Origin: Phycisphaerae bacterium | GTDB taxonomy: Bacteria; Planctomycetota; Phycisphaerae; UBA1845 | NCBI GenBank assembly: GCA_963666835.2 | Contig: CAXXGO010000006.1 | Span: forward strand, 2,400,001-2,464,000 | Length of the DNA: 64,000 nucleotides | Reading direction: 5' to 3' | Shown: positions 61,375 through 64,000 of the stretch, piece after piece | How the letters are laid out: each line of letters opens with the position of its first letter | Position numbering within the stretch: position 1 is the first letter of the stretch | Notes under the pieces: model-generated | Told to the model about the DNA's origin: nothing | Database searches by the model: none | The model's input: the letters and a program-made list of their open reading frames with translations, nothing else | Made by a program: the position numbers and the translations under genes

Positions 61375-61446
61375 AAACGTTCACTCCCTGTTCTCGCGCC
61401 CGCTGGGTCCGGGGCGGCTTATCACTCTCAATCGTGGGACTTAGCC

Positions 61447-62094
61447 TCAACGCATTACCCACTCGCGGCTCCGGCGAACGGGCACGGCGCGAGCACGCGT
61501 CGTAACATCGCCGGGAAGATCGTAACGGACGGCCAACGTTCTGCGGAAGAGGAAGACCCGGGCGTTTTGCTCCGACTCCTTCTCGTCCGGCCTGAAGGTC
61601 GGGTTGCCTACTCGCTCAATATCCCCGGAAAGCCCGCTGAAATACACCGTGAAGCTGCTGGCCTCGCTGTCGAACATCCGAAAGACCGCTACGGTTGTCC
61701 GAGCGTTTTCCCGTCCTTGGAGCAACGGCCCCGATGCCTTCGATGGCGGACTGAAAAACGGGTATTCCTTGTTGTGCCTAGCGGCAATTGCGTCGTACAC
61801 GCGGGGGCTGATCATGTCCCCAGCGCGAACGGTCTCAAGCGTATCCGTAACCAGCTCCACACTCGGATAGAAACCCACCTCTTGCCGGCTGTTGTTCGTT
61901 ACCCGGTATAGCACGTACCAGTACATCGTGGGTTCCGTATCTCCCGGCAGAACCACCGAAATCCGCTGGGGATCGTGGAATTCGACGTCCAACTGCCAAG
62001 ACGAGCTAATCAGATCCGCCTCCGGCGCTCCGGCAACCGGACGGGTCACCACGCCGACGACCAATGCGCACAATAACACTACCACTGTTCTCAT
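61447..62094 (-). CDS. Secreted hypothetical protein
   Basis: Signal peptide MRTVVVLLCALVVGVV..VAG-AP; YWYVLYRVTN and YFSGLSG...WVMR. Confidence 0.7.
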   Translation of the reverse strand: MRTVVVLLCALVVGVVTRPVAGAPEADLISSSWQLDVEFHDPQRISVVLPGDTEPTMYWYVLYRVTNNSRQEVGFYPSVELVTDTLETVRAGDMISPRVYDAIAARHNKEYPFFSPPSKASGPLLQGRENARTTVAVFRMFDSEASSFTVYFSGLSGDIERVGNPTFRPDEKESEQNARVFLFRRTLAVRYDLPGDVTTRARAVPVRRSREWVMR

Positions 62095-62234
62095 GGCCGG
62101 TATGCTAGTCGATTTTCGGCGGCCGTCAACCGTCAAGCCGTCGTCAACTCGGTCTATCTGCAAGACTGTACGCGGCTGCCGTGACGGGCCACAATGGGCG
62201 CGGCAAGCTAAACCAGCGGAAGGAGGGACGAGAT

Positions 62235-63035
62235 ATGACTTCCGACGAAAAACCGATACTAGTTGCAAACAAAGAAGGTGTTCGGACTCTCACGCTGAAC
62301 CGGCCGGCGGTACTCAACGCCGTGGATCTAGACCTTATTGACGCCCTCAACCGCGCGATTGCTGCGGCCGGGGCCGATAAGAACATCCGCTGTCTGGTGA
62401 TCACCGGGGCGGGGCGGGCCTTCTGTGCAGGGCAGGATCTGGGCGTGCTGGCCGAGGGGCACCGGGCCAAGAACCCGGTTGATCTCGGGGCGCTGATCAG
62501 AGACCACTATAACCCTGCCATAACCAAGCTGAGAGCCCTGGAGAAGCCGGTGATCGCTGCGGTGAACGGGGCAGCGGCCGGGGCGGGATGCAGCTTGGCT
62601 TTGGCATGTGACTTCCGGATCGTGGCCGAGTCCGCCAGCTTCATCCAGGCCTTCGTAAAGGTCGGCCTGCTCCCTGACGTAGGGAGTACGTGGATGCTCC
62701 CGCGGCTGGTTGGCGAGGCCAAGGCCCTGGAAATGGCCCTCACCGGACGTAAGGTCGGGGCTAAGGAAGCGCTGGAGATCGGCTTAGCTACTCAGGTCGT
62801 TACTGATGCCCAGCTATCCTCAACGGTTGAGGATCTGGCTCGCCGGCTTGCTGATCTTCCGACCAAGGCCATCGGCTTGGCCAAACGTGCGATCCACAAG
62901 GCGTGGACTTCGGAGTTTGGGGATCAGCTTGCTCTCGAGGCCGCTCTGCAGACCGAGGCCGGGCGAAGCCAGGATCACCGCGAGGGTGTAGCGGCGTTCG
63001 TCGAGAAGCGTAAACCTGTCTTCAAAGGGCGCTGA
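62235..63035 (+). CDS. Enoyl-CoA hydratase/isomerase (PaaG-like)
   Basis: LNRP..NA, FCAGQDL, AAVNGAAAGAG, GLLPD.G and EGV.AF.EKR.P.F.G. Confidence 0.9.
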   Translation: MTSDEKPILVANKEGVRTLTLNRPAVLNAVDLDLIDALNRAIAAAGADKNIRCLVITGAGRAFCAGQDLGVLAEGHRAKNPVDLGALIRDHYNPAITKLRALEKPVIAAVNGAAAGAGCSLALACDFRIVAESASFIQAFVKVGLLPDVGSTWMLPRLVGEAKALEMALTGRKVGAKEALEIGLATQVVTDAQLSSTVEDLARRLADLPTKAIGLAKRAIHKAWTSEFGDQLALEAALQTEAGRSQDHREGVAAFVEKRKPVFKGR

Positions 63036-63259
63036 CCTGTCGGTCCGCGCCGACGGGACGACTCGGCGAAGGGCCGGGGAGCGTCATCCATGCCCTCGCG
63101 GGCTCCATGGCGGTTCTGTGGTTTTCCCAGGAGTCACAGTTACGCAAGGGGATAGGGTCTCGTGATGCCGGCGGCAAAGGCTTGACCGTTCGGGCACGAC
63201 GGCTAATCTGCGGGCGAACTTCACCGATTTCCCTGGTCCTACCAACCCTGGAGTATTTC

Positions 63260-64000
63260 ATGACTCGTTTAGATGCCACGATCGGACACGAAGGCTCCAA
63301 CTTCACTGCGAGCGCCGCGCACGCCAAGGCGGTCGAGCTGGGCAAGGCGGTTGTGCGGATGACCACGGCGTCCGGGTCAGGCCATCCGTCGACGGCCCTG
63401 GCTTTGGCCCATGTCATCGTCGAACTGATGTACCGGCAAATGCGCTGGGATCCGTCTGATCCTTGGAACGCCGGCAATGATCGCCTCGTTCTATCGGTCG
63501 GACATGCCGTGCCGATAGTCTACGCCGCCTATGCCGATCTCGGTGGAGCGGTGGGGGTGGACCCCGCCCAAGCGAAGCCGTTGCGGGTCGAGGACTTGGC
63601 GGCTCTTCGTGAGCAGGAGAGCGTTCTTGACGGGCACCCGAACCCGGCCGAGGGCTTCCCGTTCTTCGATGCGGCGACGGGATCGCTTGGTCAGGGGCTG
63701 TCGGTCGCGGCGGGGTTGGCGCTCGCGGCCCGCCGGGACGGAATCGAAAAACGCATCTTCGCGATTGTCGGCGACGGTGAGTCCCGGGAAGGGCAGATCT
63801 GGGAGGCGGCCGATTTCATCGTGGACCACCGGCTGCACAACGTCGGGCTGATCGTCAGTGCCAACGGTCATGGACAGGCGGCCCCGGTCTCAACGCAGCA
63901 GTCTGCGGGCCGGATTTCGGCGAAACTTGTGGCGTTCGGCTGGCGCGTCGTCGAAGTGGACGGCCACGATCCCGCCGCGCTGTCCGAGGTGCTGTCGTCC
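63260..64000 (+). CDS. tkt: Transketolase (5' partial)
   Basis: Not in the ORF track because it has no stop within the window. GGAG-ATG 63260 reads ...SGSGHPS...DRLVLSVGHA...LDGHP...ATGSLGQG...GDGESREG. Confidence 0.9.
   Translation, partial: MTRLDATIGHEGSNFTASAAHAKAVELGKAVVRMTTASGSGHPSTALALAHVIVELMYRQMRWDPSDPWNAGNDRLVLSVGHAVPIVYAAYADLGGAVGVDPAQAKPLRVEDLAALREQESVLDGHPNPAEGFPFFDAATGSLGQGLSVAAGLALAARRDGIEKRIFAIVGDGESREGQIWEAADFIVDHRLHNVGLIVSANGHGQAAPVSTQQSAGRISAKLVAFGWRVVEVDGHDPAALSEVLSS

Overview
GC-rich bacterial DNA that looks planctomycete, probably Phycisphaerae-like. This is inferred from a DUF1559-type pseudopilin, an ECF sigma factor paired with a Ser/Thr-TPR kinase, many secreted PQQ-type beta-propellers and a dockerin-like C-terminal tail. 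The left end carries housekeeping genes (response regulator, 1-PFK-family kinase, recO, and ppdK with a 95-aa histone-H1-like tail), interleaved with three clusters of GTAG-type palindromic REP-like repeats. The centre (about 11.7-49 kb) is the most unusual part. It has a co-oriented minus-strand run of 9 secreted PQQ/BamB-like propeller genes plus a LolA-like gene. That run leads into an NHL propeller, a Tat-signal ferredoxin, a NapH-like membrane Fe-S protein, a membrane-anchored NuoE/NuoF (HydC/HydB-like) fusion, a truncated GltD-like Fe-S flavoprotein and a cupin, with no hydrogenase or molybdopterin catalytic subunit. A LolD/FtsX-type ABC transporter, 3 more propellers, a second LolA-like gene and the ECF/kinase pair are transcribed divergently; the LolA-like gene and the kinase share a candidate promoter motif. 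The right end has PTS IIA, the pseudopilin, envelope hypotheticals, a Ser/Thr kinase, an mnmE-like gene, coaX, obgE, rpmA, an enoyl-CoA hydratase and a partial transketolase. I recognised no tRNA, rRNA, CRISPR array, transposase or integrase. All calls come from reading motifs by eye, and no database searches were run.
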